IMG/VR virus record: IMGVR_UViG_3300007541_000016 | Coordinates: 1 to 64,000 of that record | DNA length: 64,000 nucleotides | Strand: one strand, 5' to 3' | From: a virus | In this document: positions 43,804-57,134 of the stretch, in pieces | How positions within the stretch are numbered: position 1 is the first letter of the stretch | Layout: every line of letters starts with the position of its first letter | Position numbers and translations under genes: made by a program | Notes under the pieces: generated by a model | What the model was told of the DNA's origin: nothing | The model's input: the letters and a program-made list of their open reading frames with translations, nothing else | Database searches by the model: none

Positions 43804-46800
43804 ATGAAAAGTTATATTTTAACATTAGCAAACCTCCATTTCACTAAGAATGGTAAAGTTTGGACATCTGAGCCTATTGACCTATACGATAACTCTAGCT
43901 ACGTAAATTACTCTACACTTAGATCAAGGTATGGCTTAAACACCATAGGCGACCGGAACTTATGTTGGCAACGAAGAAAAGCAAGCCACTCCGTCTTTAG
44001 CTAACTCAGTACTCATAACCGAGTCTGGTGAAGTTATAGATGACAAAAATTTTATACTAGAGTATATATATCCAGAAGGGGAACAAAGTGGAGATTTCAT
44101 AATCTACACTTTAGAAGTTGGTCCAGATGGATATTTTATCCTTACTCCAGAAAATAAAACAACTCCACTATTAAGATTCGTAGACACATCGTCCAGGGTA
44201 GATCTAGTATCTTACAAGGGTTCATTCTTCAACGCTCCTTCAAGTCTTCCAATTGAATACACTCTGCAGGTCTATGAGTCCGATGACTTTTTAGAAACCG
44301 ATAACCCACTTTGGGTGCCAAACGAGGTATCTGGATTAACCGAATATCTCTTTATTCAAAGGTCTAAAAGATTTGTCAAATTTGAAATAGAATTTTTTAG
44401 CGATTTACCAACAGAATACTTTAACTCAGATATTTACAGAATTATAAATCCTATTGGTCAAGATGAAAATGGGATGTATATTTATGAATTTGTTTCAGAA
44501 GATGCCGACAATTACTACTTTACGACAGATCTTCAAGAACTTACTCCCATAGAGTTTTTGCTACTTGTAGAAGTTCAGATCGCAGAATCTTCACCTCCAA
44601 ATATAAATAACTCAACAAAAGATATACTAAGAAAATTTCCTTCATGGACAAAACTATATGAAGATTCCTTAGAAGACGCAACCCCAGCTTTGGCTGTTCC
44701 AGAAAGTTTTGGTGGAAAATTTATCAATGCCCTAATTGGCGACAATCTAGATAAGATAGAATCGCTAATTGATTATTACAATTTATCAAAATCAATAACA
44801 GGGGCTAGTACAGAGCAAATAACGTGGATATATTCAACCAACAATTGTCCAGATTTAGTGACTTCAGTTGTTGGAGATAATGTTTCACTATCTAGAATAA
44901 ATAGTTATTCCGATTTTATTTCTCATACAAATGAGGACTTTGTATACTATCATTCAACTGGTGATGCAACAATCTTTACGCTAAGGCCGTTTCAAGAGTT
45001 GAGCATAAACGGATCAACGGTTAATTATATACAAAACGAAACACTTGTCTTCAATATGTTTGATGAGTTTGGAGCCAAAGTTGGCCTTTCAAGACTCAAG
45101 ATGGAATCAAATGAAAATTACAAAAAAAGAATACTGGATGTTTACATCAATAAGCCAGGGCCAGATATCGATTCTTTCAAAAAAACAGTAAGAAGAGAGC
45201 TTGATTTGTGGAGAGCGTTTGGCGCAACTCCGGACTCGTATGCAGCAGGTGCTACTCCTATAGTTTTGGAAATGCAGGACATAACTGCTCAATCAAAATA
45301 TTTTGACAATAATGGAAACCCAACAGAAGAATTTGTTAGATTCGTTAACACGTTAAACAAAGAGTATCCAACAAACTGGGGATTCGTTCAATGGTCGGAT
45401 CTTATATGGGACTACGCTGGAAGATATTCTGAAGGAATAAGCTATGTGCCATTTGTGTACGACTTAGAATTTGTTGATCCAACTTCAAAATATTATCAGC
45501 CGGGTATAGGCGATTTATCTGATCTTAAAATTTCAATAAAATCAAATAATAAATATGATCTTGAAACATATGATTTTGATGATAAGCAATATCATGAAGA
45601 TGTATACGAAAAGCAGTTTAAGTTTAAGCTGTCAGGAATAGAAAAAACAACTGCTGAAGACACATATGCTCCAATTAATTTAGATATATCTTACTTTACT
45701 GAGTATGATATACCATACGTTGATGGGGATCCCGCCACTATTAATTATGTTGTCGAAGTTGACGTCAGTGGAAATACATACTATACGAACATAACAGACT
45801 ATTATAAAAACAGATACACAAGCAATGCATTCGAAGAAAGTGGCATAAATTCAATAATAGATCCGACCGATAATAGAACTAGATCAGATTTAATTTTTAA
45901 GAAAAAAACAAATGATGTTGAGTACGTAGATACTTCTGCAACTCCAAATGTTAATACAATAAGACAGCAAGACATTTCCGATGCAAGAATAATATACGGC
46001 AGGTTTGCCTACTCATCTACAACTCCGCGATATATAATTTCCGGTCTCTCGGAGACTAATCAAAGTTGGATTGCTGCCCAAGGGCAGTCAAGAATAAATT
46101 CTTCAAGCTTTGCAAACGGATCCTATGTAAATCCAAGTTCTCCATACTTTAGTATTAGCAGTCCAAACTATTCATCTTTCCAAGTATTATATGGATCAAA
46201 CATGTACACGATTGCTCATCAATCTGCTAATACATCAACAAAGTTTAAAACAGTAACACTGAAAAAGGATTTGTCTGTGGATGCAACTCCTCATTATTCA
46301 GAGAGTTTTAATAATTTTATTGATCATATTGTAACAACTGGCGGAGCTTCTACTCCAAAATATCTTCATATTGAAAACATTAAACCAGACTTTTCTTATA
46401 TAGATCCAACATTTGCAACTCCAACTAACAATGGGGCCATAGGTTATGGTGGCTATGTTAATAGTCCGGAATATATAAGCGATCTATATATTCCAAACAT
46501 ATCTGTAAGAACAGATAATTCAGCTGGAATAATGTTTGCAACTCCAAGTTATGATATTTCAAACATGTCATCTACGCCGAATCAAATTGCTTTCTACTGG
46601 GACCCAAACTTTTCTCAACTGGAAAATCAATACACATTGGAAGGTATCGCCCAAAGAAATTATCCATTAAGCCTTGGTGACTGGTCGTATTTTGAGGTTG
46701 AATCTTCTACTCCAATTAATTTCAAAGTATCAAACAGGGGAGTAATTATATCCTCAGACGATTATAATACTTCCAAAATTCTATCTAATATAATTTTAAC

Positions 46801-48691
46801 AAAAGATGTTCATAGATATGAATTTGGTTTAGATTTAAATAATCCTTCAAACTATATTATCAACTACATTGAAGCAGTTAAGGTAAATGAACAAGATGAT
46901 TCTTTTGATGTATATACGGAAAAAAGATCTGTTAAACCTTATTACTCTATAAGTCAAGACTCTCTGGGTCCAATACAAAACGTAACATACCTACCGTCAT
47001 CTTATTACGAAGAAAAAAATCAAGGTGAGTATAACGACCTATATCTAGAGGACGTAACTGTTAGAGTAAGGCTAAACGAAAACGCAAATAAAACTATACA
47101 ATCTGAAATCCATTCTGGCTGGTACTATGCCAATCAAGATGAAACCTACGTTTATGCAAGGCCAGTTACAGAGTTTCATTCAATAGACAATACGCAGTCT
47201 ACTCCATCAATTACATTAGGAAAAGTCGTTAGACAGGGTGCTCCAGTAATAATAGAATCAATGAGTTCTCCTGATTTTGAATTGTCTCAAGTATCATTTC
47301 CAGATAAAGACGACAATACAAAAATTTCATTTATAAACGTAGAATATATAACCGCAACAAGTTCCAATGCAATCTATCTTGGATATAGCAATGTTCACGA
47401 TTTGAGCATATATGATCCAGTTGCGGATAACTTAATAGTTCAAGACGCAGAATCATCAACAAACATTGTAAACATATATACGATTGAATCACTGCCAAGC
47501 TCTGATCCATTTGAGGTGGGCAGAGAATACAAGGTTACATACAAGGTTAGAAATTCCTATTACGTAGATAGTGATAATAAAAATTCATCTGGATTGTACT
47601 CCAATATTGTTTTCAACGGAGCACCAACAAACGGTGCAACCCAATTTTATGTGACCTATGAATCAAGCATTTTTGAAAACTCAACTCCTACAGGATTAAT
47701 ACACTCCCCTTCTAGAACTCTTTTAAACGAAGGTTATGTGTACGTAGATGAGACTATCTATGATTATCAGGGTTTTACTGCGTCAACTAATTCTGGTTCG
47801 ATTATGGACGATAATTCAAAAGACTACATGACAATAACAATAGAAAGCTTTGACGTCAACAATAATCCTAAGCCATATCAAAAATACAGTTTAGAATCTT
47901 CTCTTTTAATTATTGACGATCCTGTTGTTGAAACAGACATTGATGGATTTGCTAAAACAAAAGCAAGATATGATGGCCCAGTACCGTCTACATACAATTC
48001 TGGAACGCTTTATATTTCTGGGATTGTAGATGGATATAGCGAAGCTAGTGATCAAGCTACAGTTAACTACGATATTATTAAATCAGAAGAATACAACAAC
48101 GCCCTATACGCCGAGCCTTCTAAAAACTTTATTGAAGCAGATGGGGTTAGCACCTTGTACGTTAATGGGCAGATAACCTCAAAGACTCAAAGCGTATCAA
48201 ATGTATATGTTTACTATAGAAGGGCCAGAACTGTCAACGAAATATTCGAAGAGACTACATACGATTCAGTTTTGACTAATTCAGATGGATCGTTTAAAAT
48301 AGGCCCAATAACCGCTCAGTCAATAGAAAACGCTGGGTACTGGTTTATGGCCATAGAAACCGCCTACAGTTCATCTATATCGTCTTCTCCCGTTACTATA
48401 TCTGGAGATATCGTAAGTTGGTTTGAAGATTCAAACGACGCAATTTTAAATGGATTAGATAGAAGACTGCCGGTTCAAGACACGTACGAAGCAGATGAAT
48501 TTGTTGAATTTAAAGCAACTCCAGCTTTTAAAGTTAATTATATAACCGGAAATCCAGAAACGGCGACAGCTACGCCAAATATATCGCTACCTAAATGGTT
48601 TAGAATACCAAGGTATACTCAGTATCAACTAGGTATTTTGGGCAGTGATTACTATTACGTAAACAATAATAAGTCATTTTATCCTGGTTAA
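43804..48691 (+). CDS. large baseplate wedge/fibre-like protein, ~1628 aa, one +1 shift (43954)
   Basis: 43804-43953 joins a stop-free 43955-48691; FDEFGAKVGLSRLKMESNENYKKRI wedge-like motif; Ig-like C-terminal domains. Confidence 0.65.
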
Positions 48692-48706
48692 GGTATAATA
48701 AATATT

Positions 48707-51700
48707 ATGAAAAAATTTGAAAATAGCATAGAAAATTCTAGAGAAAATAAGATCAAAAAAGGACGCGCCCTTCCTGCTGGTTCGGTCAATTTGCGGATAT
48801 TATTCGATAGACGATCTTTCTCCAGTTAACGCTCTTGCTGTAGTCGATACTTCTGTTTCTATACCAGAAAATTATATTCAAAATAATAACGAACAAGTAT
48901 CTCTAATAGCTAACGAACTTGGAATGCTAGAGGATGCATTAACTGGAAACAATAGATTTTCTTCAGAAGATATTTATGTGTCCAATTATATGAACAGTAG
49001 GCAGAACACCACAGATTACGTTGACGTTATCGCTGTTAACCAAGCAGATACTGGGTCAAATTCTAGAATTGATTATTTGTATTCTTATTATGTAAGTAGA
49101 TATTTTACTGTCCAAGAAAACGTTAAGGGCACGTCCGTTTCCAGGTTTGATTATGCAGGAAAAACTATATATGATTTAATAAAGACTTCTGATATTCAAG
49201 AAATTATCATGAAAGATAATTTAATTGACATAAATGACATATATATAACCAATCAAGACGGCGCTCTGTATGTTGATTCTACGGGAAGAAAAAAGTATAG
49301 AATTATTCTTGAAAAATATACTGATAAATTTGTTTCAAGCATAGAAACCCTCTGCAAGATCATAGTTCTTTTAGAGGATCCTAATCCAACCGGCTTGGTT
49401 CTTAACTACAACAAAATAGAATTAACCACTGACGGATTCTTAGTAAATGGAATTTCAAACTTTAAAGAAACCATTAATGCAGTCAGCTTATTTAATAGAG
49501 AATCAGAAGAGTCTCTAGTTGTCGACTATAGCTCAAAACATGACAGAACATACGCTGTAAAAAGTTCAGAAAAAATAGAAGATATGTTTTCTATTGGTGG
49601 CTCATTTGATTCTAGGGGATATAATTTTTATGTTAACAAAAAAGCAATTCCAGACAACAGAAATTACGAAGTATTTAACTGGAGACTGATAGGTAAAATT
49701 AATAGATCATTTAACTACGCCAACAGAATAGATGGCGGAACAAATGGAAGCGGTGGAATTGTAAACGTTGGAGTAATAAAAGCAAATACAAAAGAAAATT
49801 ATTTAGATCATTATAAGATATTTAAAAAATTAGATGTAGAAAACAACCCAATAAATATCTATAACTACAGGTTTGAAAACCCTCAGTCAAAAGCTGATGG
49901 CCTACAAAAAGATGACAGCAATTACTGGATTGCGGATCTAGAGACAATTAGTCATGATCAGATTAAGAAGTTCGACTTTCTTGTTCTGGTTGTAAATTCA
50001 AACACTGACATATATTCAATTATTCCAAAAATAAAATCTTTTACAGATAATGGCGGATGCCTCTTTGTAGAGGTAGAAGGAGCAGTTAGCGATTCGGTAA
50101 AAAGCATTTTGCCAGCTCCAGTTGGAACACTGATAAGTGGGGCAGCAACTTCTATTACATACAATAGAACATCAGAAAATGAGTATTCTGATTTAAATCT
50201 TTTTTCAAAAAACCAAACATGGGATATTCAAAGTAGTGTTTTTGATACTGGTTATGGGGCTTACGGTAAAGTAGCTGAAAATATAACAGCTTTTGATTCT
50301 GGTCTATCAACTTATCAAACCTTAAGTACAAATGTTGGACCAGTGTTTCTGCAGTTTAGGGCAAACGTTATAGACAGCGGATCTGTATCGTGCGGAAACA
50401 TACTTATGAATACCGTTTCTATAAACAAAAAAGCTGGAGCGGACTATCTTCCAAATACGCAAACAGTAACTGGAACAACAAACTCTAGACAAATAATAGT
50501 CACATCAGACGCAGAAGGTCCTTTAAAGTATTTCTATAATTCATTGTTAGTTGGTTTAATATCAAAATATTATACTACCAGCAATAGTTCTAACTCATTC
50601 TCTTCGACACTACTAACTCCAGTTTTGTTTCATGCAACAAAATGGTATACATCATGGGCATTGAACGGGCCTACTACAGATGATAATTATTCTTATAATG
50701 ATATTCTAATCAAAAATGACATCATAGACGAATACGCAGAGTATGGATTTACAAAAGAACAAAATGGAGATTTGTATAGAAAGCTTAGTGATAGAACAGT
50801 CAAAGAATTATTTATACAAGATTTTTCGGCAAGTGTTCCAAATGACTATGGTCAATTCTATAACAGCAATGATTCAATTACCTACTATATTGAGTTCACT
50901 AATTCAACTATAATTCCAAAGAATGGAACATACCTACCAAATTCAATTACTAGCGGAATAACAACTCCTTACAGAACATTTGAATTATCAAGTAGTCAAG
51001 CTGAGCAAACTCAATACGTAAAAACCACTACAATTTCAAGGCCATTAAACGTTCCTAGCAATTTTGGTTTGTTCTATATTAAAGATAGATTTAGAGATAT
51101 AACAAACATAAGAAACAATCAACCAAATATAGTTAATGATAATCCCTATTTTTATAGTTATGATTTTAAAACAAGTTGGAAGAAAGTAGTTAGTCAAGAA
51201 TCTTCTTTGTCGTTTGATCTATCTTTTGATGTAGGTTTTACTATTCAAATACCAATAACCATACAACAATGGGAACAAAAATATGAACAAATTGGATGGA
51301 AACCCGCTGACACATCTGGACCAATAGATGAAAAGCTGGCTTTTATTTCTGGAAGTTATGATTCATCAGGTGCCTCAACCACAAATACGCCACTTTCAAA
51401 AATTGGAAAAAATATAACAAATAAATATTTCTGTAGAGAAGACTTTATTGATTATTCAACAATACATAATCCGAATGTAGCAGATAGATCACTTAACCAT
51501 TATCCCTACACTGGCGATATTGACCTAGGTAATTCTCCCAAGCAATATTCCGTTGGACCAAGATCAGGAGATCTAGACAGCGGAACATATGTCCACTATA
51601 TACAGTGGACGTTGAAGAAGGATGGATACAATGTATCTACTGACGGTAAGTTGGGACCTCAGACAGGTGGCGCATTAACTTCTTTCCAAAGAAAATATGG

Positions 51701-54501
51701 TTTAGCAACAGTCGATCAGCAAATAGACTCGGAAACAAAAAGCGCCATGGCTTATTTTTGGGGAACCAAAAAACAAAAGAAACAATTGGCTGGAATTAAA
51801 AAAGAAATAACAACGTACTATGCTGGAATTAACAAAACATCCATAGGAAATAAGGTTATCGAATACATTGATGCAGCGATAGCCAATGCGGATCCAGTTT
51901 ATGTTACGGAAAGTGGATCTATAAAAAGAATCTCCTATACCGGTTCGACAAAAACTCCTGGAACAATAGTTTCAAATGTCTTTATTTCTTTGCCAGATGG
52001 CCTAATAAATAGAGCTGAAAATGGAGACATCTTTAATGTAAAAATTAAAACTGGAGTATGTGGATTGGTTGTGGAAGATGTTAAATTTTATAAAACAGAA
52101 ACAAACGAATCTAATCTTTCAAGATTCCCACAACAAGGTGGTTTAGATAGACTGTCTGGAAGCAGTATAGACATACCAGCAAATACCGAACGAGAAATAA
52201 CAGTTGATTTCACTTCAAATCCTTCAAGTCCGTATAAGTTTTTGTTCCTTAAGTTAAGAGGTAAAAAGCTACCATCAAATTACGGTACTGGTCAAGGAAT
52301 TTTTGTTGACTATATAACAGTTAACTACACGCCAGATCCCGGCGCTCAAGAACCTGATTACGGTTGGAAAACATATGAGAAAGGATCACTAGATGTAACT
52401 GGTTATTTGGACGTAGTATCAACTGTACAATCGAATAATCTTACCATAGCGAATACGCCAAAACAACAAAAAATAACAAGTACTACATACCATTCTCTTC
52501 CAATGACTGTTGAAGATTTTTATTACGTAGACCAGAATGGGGCTAGAAACACCTTTAGTTATTCTTCGGGATCAAATCAAATCACTCCCGGTACCACTCT
52601 TAATTTAAATTCAGTTTTTGATTTGAAGATTGATACTGGATCAAACGAGTGGGGTACAATGACATTGAATTTCGACAAGTCTTCAGTGGCAAAATCTTCC
52701 TCTGTTTCAATTTCCAATAAAAAAGTTGCAATATCAGGACAGTCTTTAAGCGCTCAAAGCGCCTACATAGATTACATTGATTTGGCCAGCTCCTCAAAGG
52801 AGTTAACTGGAGCAAGTGAATTTGAAGTTACGTATGATGTTAATGTTAATTCAATATCAAGTGATATTATATACGGAGGAGAAACCACGGTTGGACAACA
52901 TAGGCACCTCTACGCTTCATACTTAGAAAAAGACCAACCTAAAACAAGTAGAGTAAGTCCAATTGAAAAAAATTCTGTAGATTACCTATCTGGCATAGTC
53001 TGCCTATGTGACTCAGAAGGTAATCCAGTTGGAAAACCAAACTTTCAGTTGGCGTCGAACAGCAATGATTCGGTGTCAGTTAATATAACAAATATATACT
53101 TAGAAAAAAATTCTAACTTCTCCGAAGAAGGATTGGTGTATGGATTCTACGATCTATCTGCAAAGAAGTTTTTAGGAAAAAACATATCATACTCTGAATA
53201 CATAGAAAGAAATGGCGATAACAATATCTATATTGCCGTATTAGCAACCGATTATGATGGAAATGTTCTTTCGGATGATCTTGACTTTACAGGATTTTCT
53301 ACAATTCCAGTTTCTATAGCTAGAGTGCCGAACAGGGTTATATGTCCAATATACAGTGTCAAATTTAAAAACAAAGCTTCCATTGAAGTCTTTAAGCCGC
53401 AAAACTTCCTAGATAAAAAAACACCATGGTACGTTGGAGTAAGCTCTGGTTCCTTTGTTAGGTCTTTAAACGTAGATGTTAAAAATATATACAATCAAGA
53501 CATATCTTGGTTAAAGAAATATGCAACTGGGCAATCTTCAAAAGTAGAACTAAAAGCATACTATGATACAGAAAATTACGGTTCTTCTGGATGGTCAAAG
53601 ATATTGCGGATCACCATATTCTGATGTATACGAGGAAAAACCAATCCTAATTGACGCAAGAACAATTAGAGTTAGACAAACTCCAGTAGCAGCAATACAT
53701 GAGCCATCACATAATATTGAATATTTTGGTTCTCCAATAAAGCCATTTATGTTCGTATATACTAGGTCATCATTAAGTGACCCATGGACGTTAGTGGGGT
53801 ACGATCAGTATTCATCATTTGACTGCAATACCGGACTCGTACAATTTAAGAGCCAGATTGTTCCATCAAATAATAATTTAATTAAAGTTAACTATTCAGT
53901 ATACTCTGCGTATAGACCAATTAAAATAATTGATGAGAATTCAATGAACCTAAATCCTTTCCTTGAAAGAGAAAATATTAAATTTAATAAACCAATGTTC
54001 TTTTACTTGGAGCCAAGAAGTGTTCAGATAGTAAATCAATACGATAAACAGTTGGCCTATGATGAAATTTTTGAAAAGGAAGAAACCCTTAAGTATACTG
54101 AAGATTCAAGAATCTTTGATCCATCTCATCCAAACTATAATCCTTTGGCGCTTTTGCTCACTACTATATACGTAGTAGATAACGATATACTGCAAACTTT
54201 TAAATTTAATGACCTAAGACTTAAAGGTGGAGGAGTATCGTATAACTACGACTCCGTAAACATCTTTAAAGACATGCCAAATGCCAGGTCTTTCTGGGAC
54301 ATGTCGGGTCCAGACGGCTTCGCCTACGCAAATGGCGGTTATGCAATAGTAAGACTTCCAAGATCATTAAAGGATTATGTAAGTAATGATAAAATTTACG
54401 AGGTCATTTCAAGTGCTATGACCGCTGGCGTTGTTTTTGAGATAGAAGATTATGATGGAGTACCTTGGAATGCAGACACAACTACGCAAACAACTGAATA
54501 G
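48707..54501 (+). CDS. large tail/baseplate protein with peptidoglycan-binding domain, ~1930 aa, two +1 shifts (48794, 53607)
   Basis: Segments 48707-48793, 48795-53606 and 53608-54501 are stop-free; PG_binding_1-like VHYIQWTLKKDGY..DGKLGPQT..ALTSFQRKYGL at ~51580-51740. Confidence 0.65.
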
Positions 54502-54510
54502 GATATATAT

Positions 54511-57132
54511 ATGAAAAGTTCATTACCAGCATATGTTCAAACTTATTCTTTTGGTTCTAGAAAAGCGGTTTCTGATCTTATTGTTTTAGCAAAGAATAAT
54601 TCAAGAAGCGCTGCCAGCATAGCTCAGTCTCTTGAGGGTCTATCCTCAATAAATCAATACAATGGACTCAGTATTTCGCCATACGCTCTTGCCTCATTTG
54701 AGGCATTCCTAGATTTCTTTAGAGATATAAACCTAAAGACAATAGCCTACTACGATGCGATGAATCAAGTAAGCACAGCTATAAATAGCTACTCTAGCGT
54801 ACTTAATTCAGAACTAGCAAAACTAGAAAAAGATATAAATCAACTTCAAATTTTTATAAATAATTACTCTTTCCTCTCTGGCGAAGACGATCTTTATAAT
54901 GGATCATTTGTTGAAACATTTTCTGACGATTCAAATTCGTATCTTACTGAAAATTTTCAAAATAAACAATACGATAAAGACGCACTAGAATTTTCTCAAA
55001 ATGAATTGGCGTCTGTTGATATAGTTTCTGGAACACTAAAATGTGGATCGAAATTTTCAAATATAAACGTTTACCCAAAAATTACCGAATATAAAAATAA
55101 CTATACACAGTACATATCTTCATCTTCAGATATGTATAATCTATTTAATGAAGCTTCAAACAAAAGCTGGAATACAACTATAAAGTCTCCAACGATTATA
55201 AGTTCAAACATAGACGACCTATCTGACGTTGGCTATGATTACAGTTACTCTAAAGGAGCAACAGCATCTGTTAATTTTGTTTTTGAAAATCCCCAGACAA
55301 TGAACTGTATGAGAATATCACCAAATTTGGGAACAGATTTTCAAATACTTCAAGTAATTGTATACACTGCGATAAACCCAAACAATGCGGGAGCAACCGG
55401 ATCTTCATCTTCTTCTGAGGCTAAAATATTACTGCTACAATCTCCGTTGCTAGTAGAGTCAGTAAAAGATATTTCTTTTGATGAGGTATTAGTAAGAAAA
55501 ATAAAAATTATATTTAATCAACCAAGGTACAAAAAGATAGTTAACACTGCAAGTATTTTTGAAGAACAGTCAAAAATAATAGACTACTTTGTTTCTGAAA
55601 CAAGAAAAAATAGAGCTCAAAAACACGATAGACTGCAAGATTTAGTTTATTCCTATTTTCTTAAGAGAAATGAAATAGCTTCACTATCTTCTAATCCAGA
55701 CTACATTCCAAACTATTATTCTTATAGATACCCATGCGAGGAGACCAATCCAACACAAGGGTCAATATATGAGTTTCTTAGCTCCAAAAATACATTTAGT
55801 GAACTAAACGACAATACAAAGTTGAGAAACACAAATCAATTATCTAAAATAGTACAATCAATGGTCTCCTATGTTCTTGGAGATAAATATAGAATGACTC
55901 CAAATTCATATGTAGCTTCCCAGCCAACTGGTTCGGCAACGAATATATCGTCAATCAACTTTCTTGCATCTTCATCCGTTGGAAATATTCAATCGCCACA
56001 TGGGACATCAAGGCAGGATATGGAAACATACTTTGATAGTGGCGACAGATTTGATTTAATAAAAACATATTCAAACCTAGATAACGTTAACTACTATGAA
56101 TATAATTTTTCTATTAAGTCAGTTAAGTTCGGTATAATAAGTCAAGCTTCTTCGCAGAGTTCTAATCTAAAATCGTTTTTTATATCTAAAATGATTGATA
56201 CTGGTGGTTTTATAAATAAATTAAAAATTAAATCAAACTATTTTACACCAAAGAATTCTAACGAAAGCTTGGATTTAAAAGATGGCGCAGCGGTAGAATT
56301 TTCGCTTACCCTAAATGCCAATGCGTCAAATGATATTGATTGGATACCGATACTTCCAAACGGTGAACGCAATGTAAGTGCCGAGCTGCTGTTTCCACTA
56401 GATCAAACTGGATTAGTAAGGTTAAGATTTCCCGCATCTTTGGCCAGCTTAAATGTGTATGAGCAAGGGAAGTTGATCGATGATACAAGAATCCTTACAG
56501 TAGATTCTCAAGTTATAACGTCTTTTAAAATATTAAATCATAACTCATCTTTTACGTATGTAGCTAAGTATACTGTTGATTCTGGAACTAACCCAAATGA
56601 AATAGACTTCTCAAGACAGTCTATACAAAACTATACGCTAAGAAGCTATTCGTCATCGGACGGATTAGGAGAAAAGCTATCAACTATAGGCTCAGAAAAT
56701 AGGATTAGATTAACATACAATCCGTATATAGATTACTCAAAATTTGTAAACCACATATACTCTCCTTCGGTTGGTACTATAGGAGCATCAGGAGTGTCAA
56801 CGTACTCTCCTATTTCTATAGTTCTAGAAGATGGAACGCCAGCAATTAATTTAACAAACTATCTACCAAATAAATTCGTTAAATATGAGCTTCCATTAAA
56901 CAGCGATACTGAAACATATTTTATTCAAAATGGAAACAGTATTACATTTAGTAAAAAAGCCAGTAATTTTAGAGTATACTATAATTATATTCCAGAGTCT
57001 TTAAGGTATAGAATTATAATAAGAAACCTAGATTCGTCTAAGCAAACCAGTGCCTATGTAGATGATTTTGTGTTAAAATATCAACAAAACAATTCAGACA
57101 ACTTTACAAACAAGCTATTGAAAGTGATTTAA
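54511..57132 (+). CDS. virion structural protein (baseplate-associated paralogue 1)
   Basis: N-terminal coiled coil, FVETFSD motif, beta-rich body, WIPILP motif shared with the next two genes. Confidence 0.55.
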   Translation: MKSSLPAYVQTYSFGSRKAVSDLIVLAKNNSRSAASIAQSLEGLSSINQYNGLSISPYALASFEAFLDFFRDINLKTIAYYDAMNQVSTAINSYSSVLNSELAKLEKDINQLQIFINNYSFLSGEDDLYNGSFVETFSDDSNSYLTENFQNKQYDKDALEFSQNELASVDIVSGTLKCGSKFSNINVYPKITEYKNNYTQYISSSSDMYNLFNEASNKSWNTTIKSPTIISSNIDDLSDVGYDYSYSKGATASVNFVFENPQTMNCMRISPNLGTDFQILQVIVYTAINPNNAGATGSSSSSEAKILLLQSPLLVESVKDISFDEVLVRKIKIIFNQPRYKKIVNTASIFEEQSKIIDYFVSETRKNRAQKHDRLQDLVYSYFLKRNEIASLSSNPDYIPNYYSYRYPCEETNPTQGSIYEFLSSKNTFSELNDNTKLRNTNQLSKIVQSMVSYVLGDKYRMTPNSYVASQPTGSATNISSINFLASSSVGNIQSPHGTSRQDMETYFDSGDRFDLIKTYSNLDNVNYYEYNFSIKSVKFGIISQASSQSSNLKSFFISKMIDTGGFINKLKIKSNYFTPKNSNESLDLKDGAAVEFSLTLNANASNDIDWIPILPNGERNVSAELLFPLDQTGLVRLRFPASLASLNVYEQGKLIDDTRILTVDSQVITSFKILNHNSSFTYVAKYTVDSGTNPNEIDFSRQSIQNYTLRSYSSSDGLGEKLSTIGSENRIRLTYNPYIDYSKFVNHIYSPSVGTIGASGVSTYSPISIVLEDGTPAINLTNYLPNKFVKYELPLNSDTETYFIQNGNSITFSKKASNFRVYYNYIPESLRYRIIIRNLDSSKQTSAYVDDFVLKYQQNNSDNFTNKLLKVI

Positions 57133-57134
57133 AA

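Noticed and set aside
48694-48709. TATAAT 7 nt before ATG 48707 as a leaderless-mRNA promoter
   Set aside because: Single instance in very AT-rich sequence with no -35 or TG extension; insufficient support
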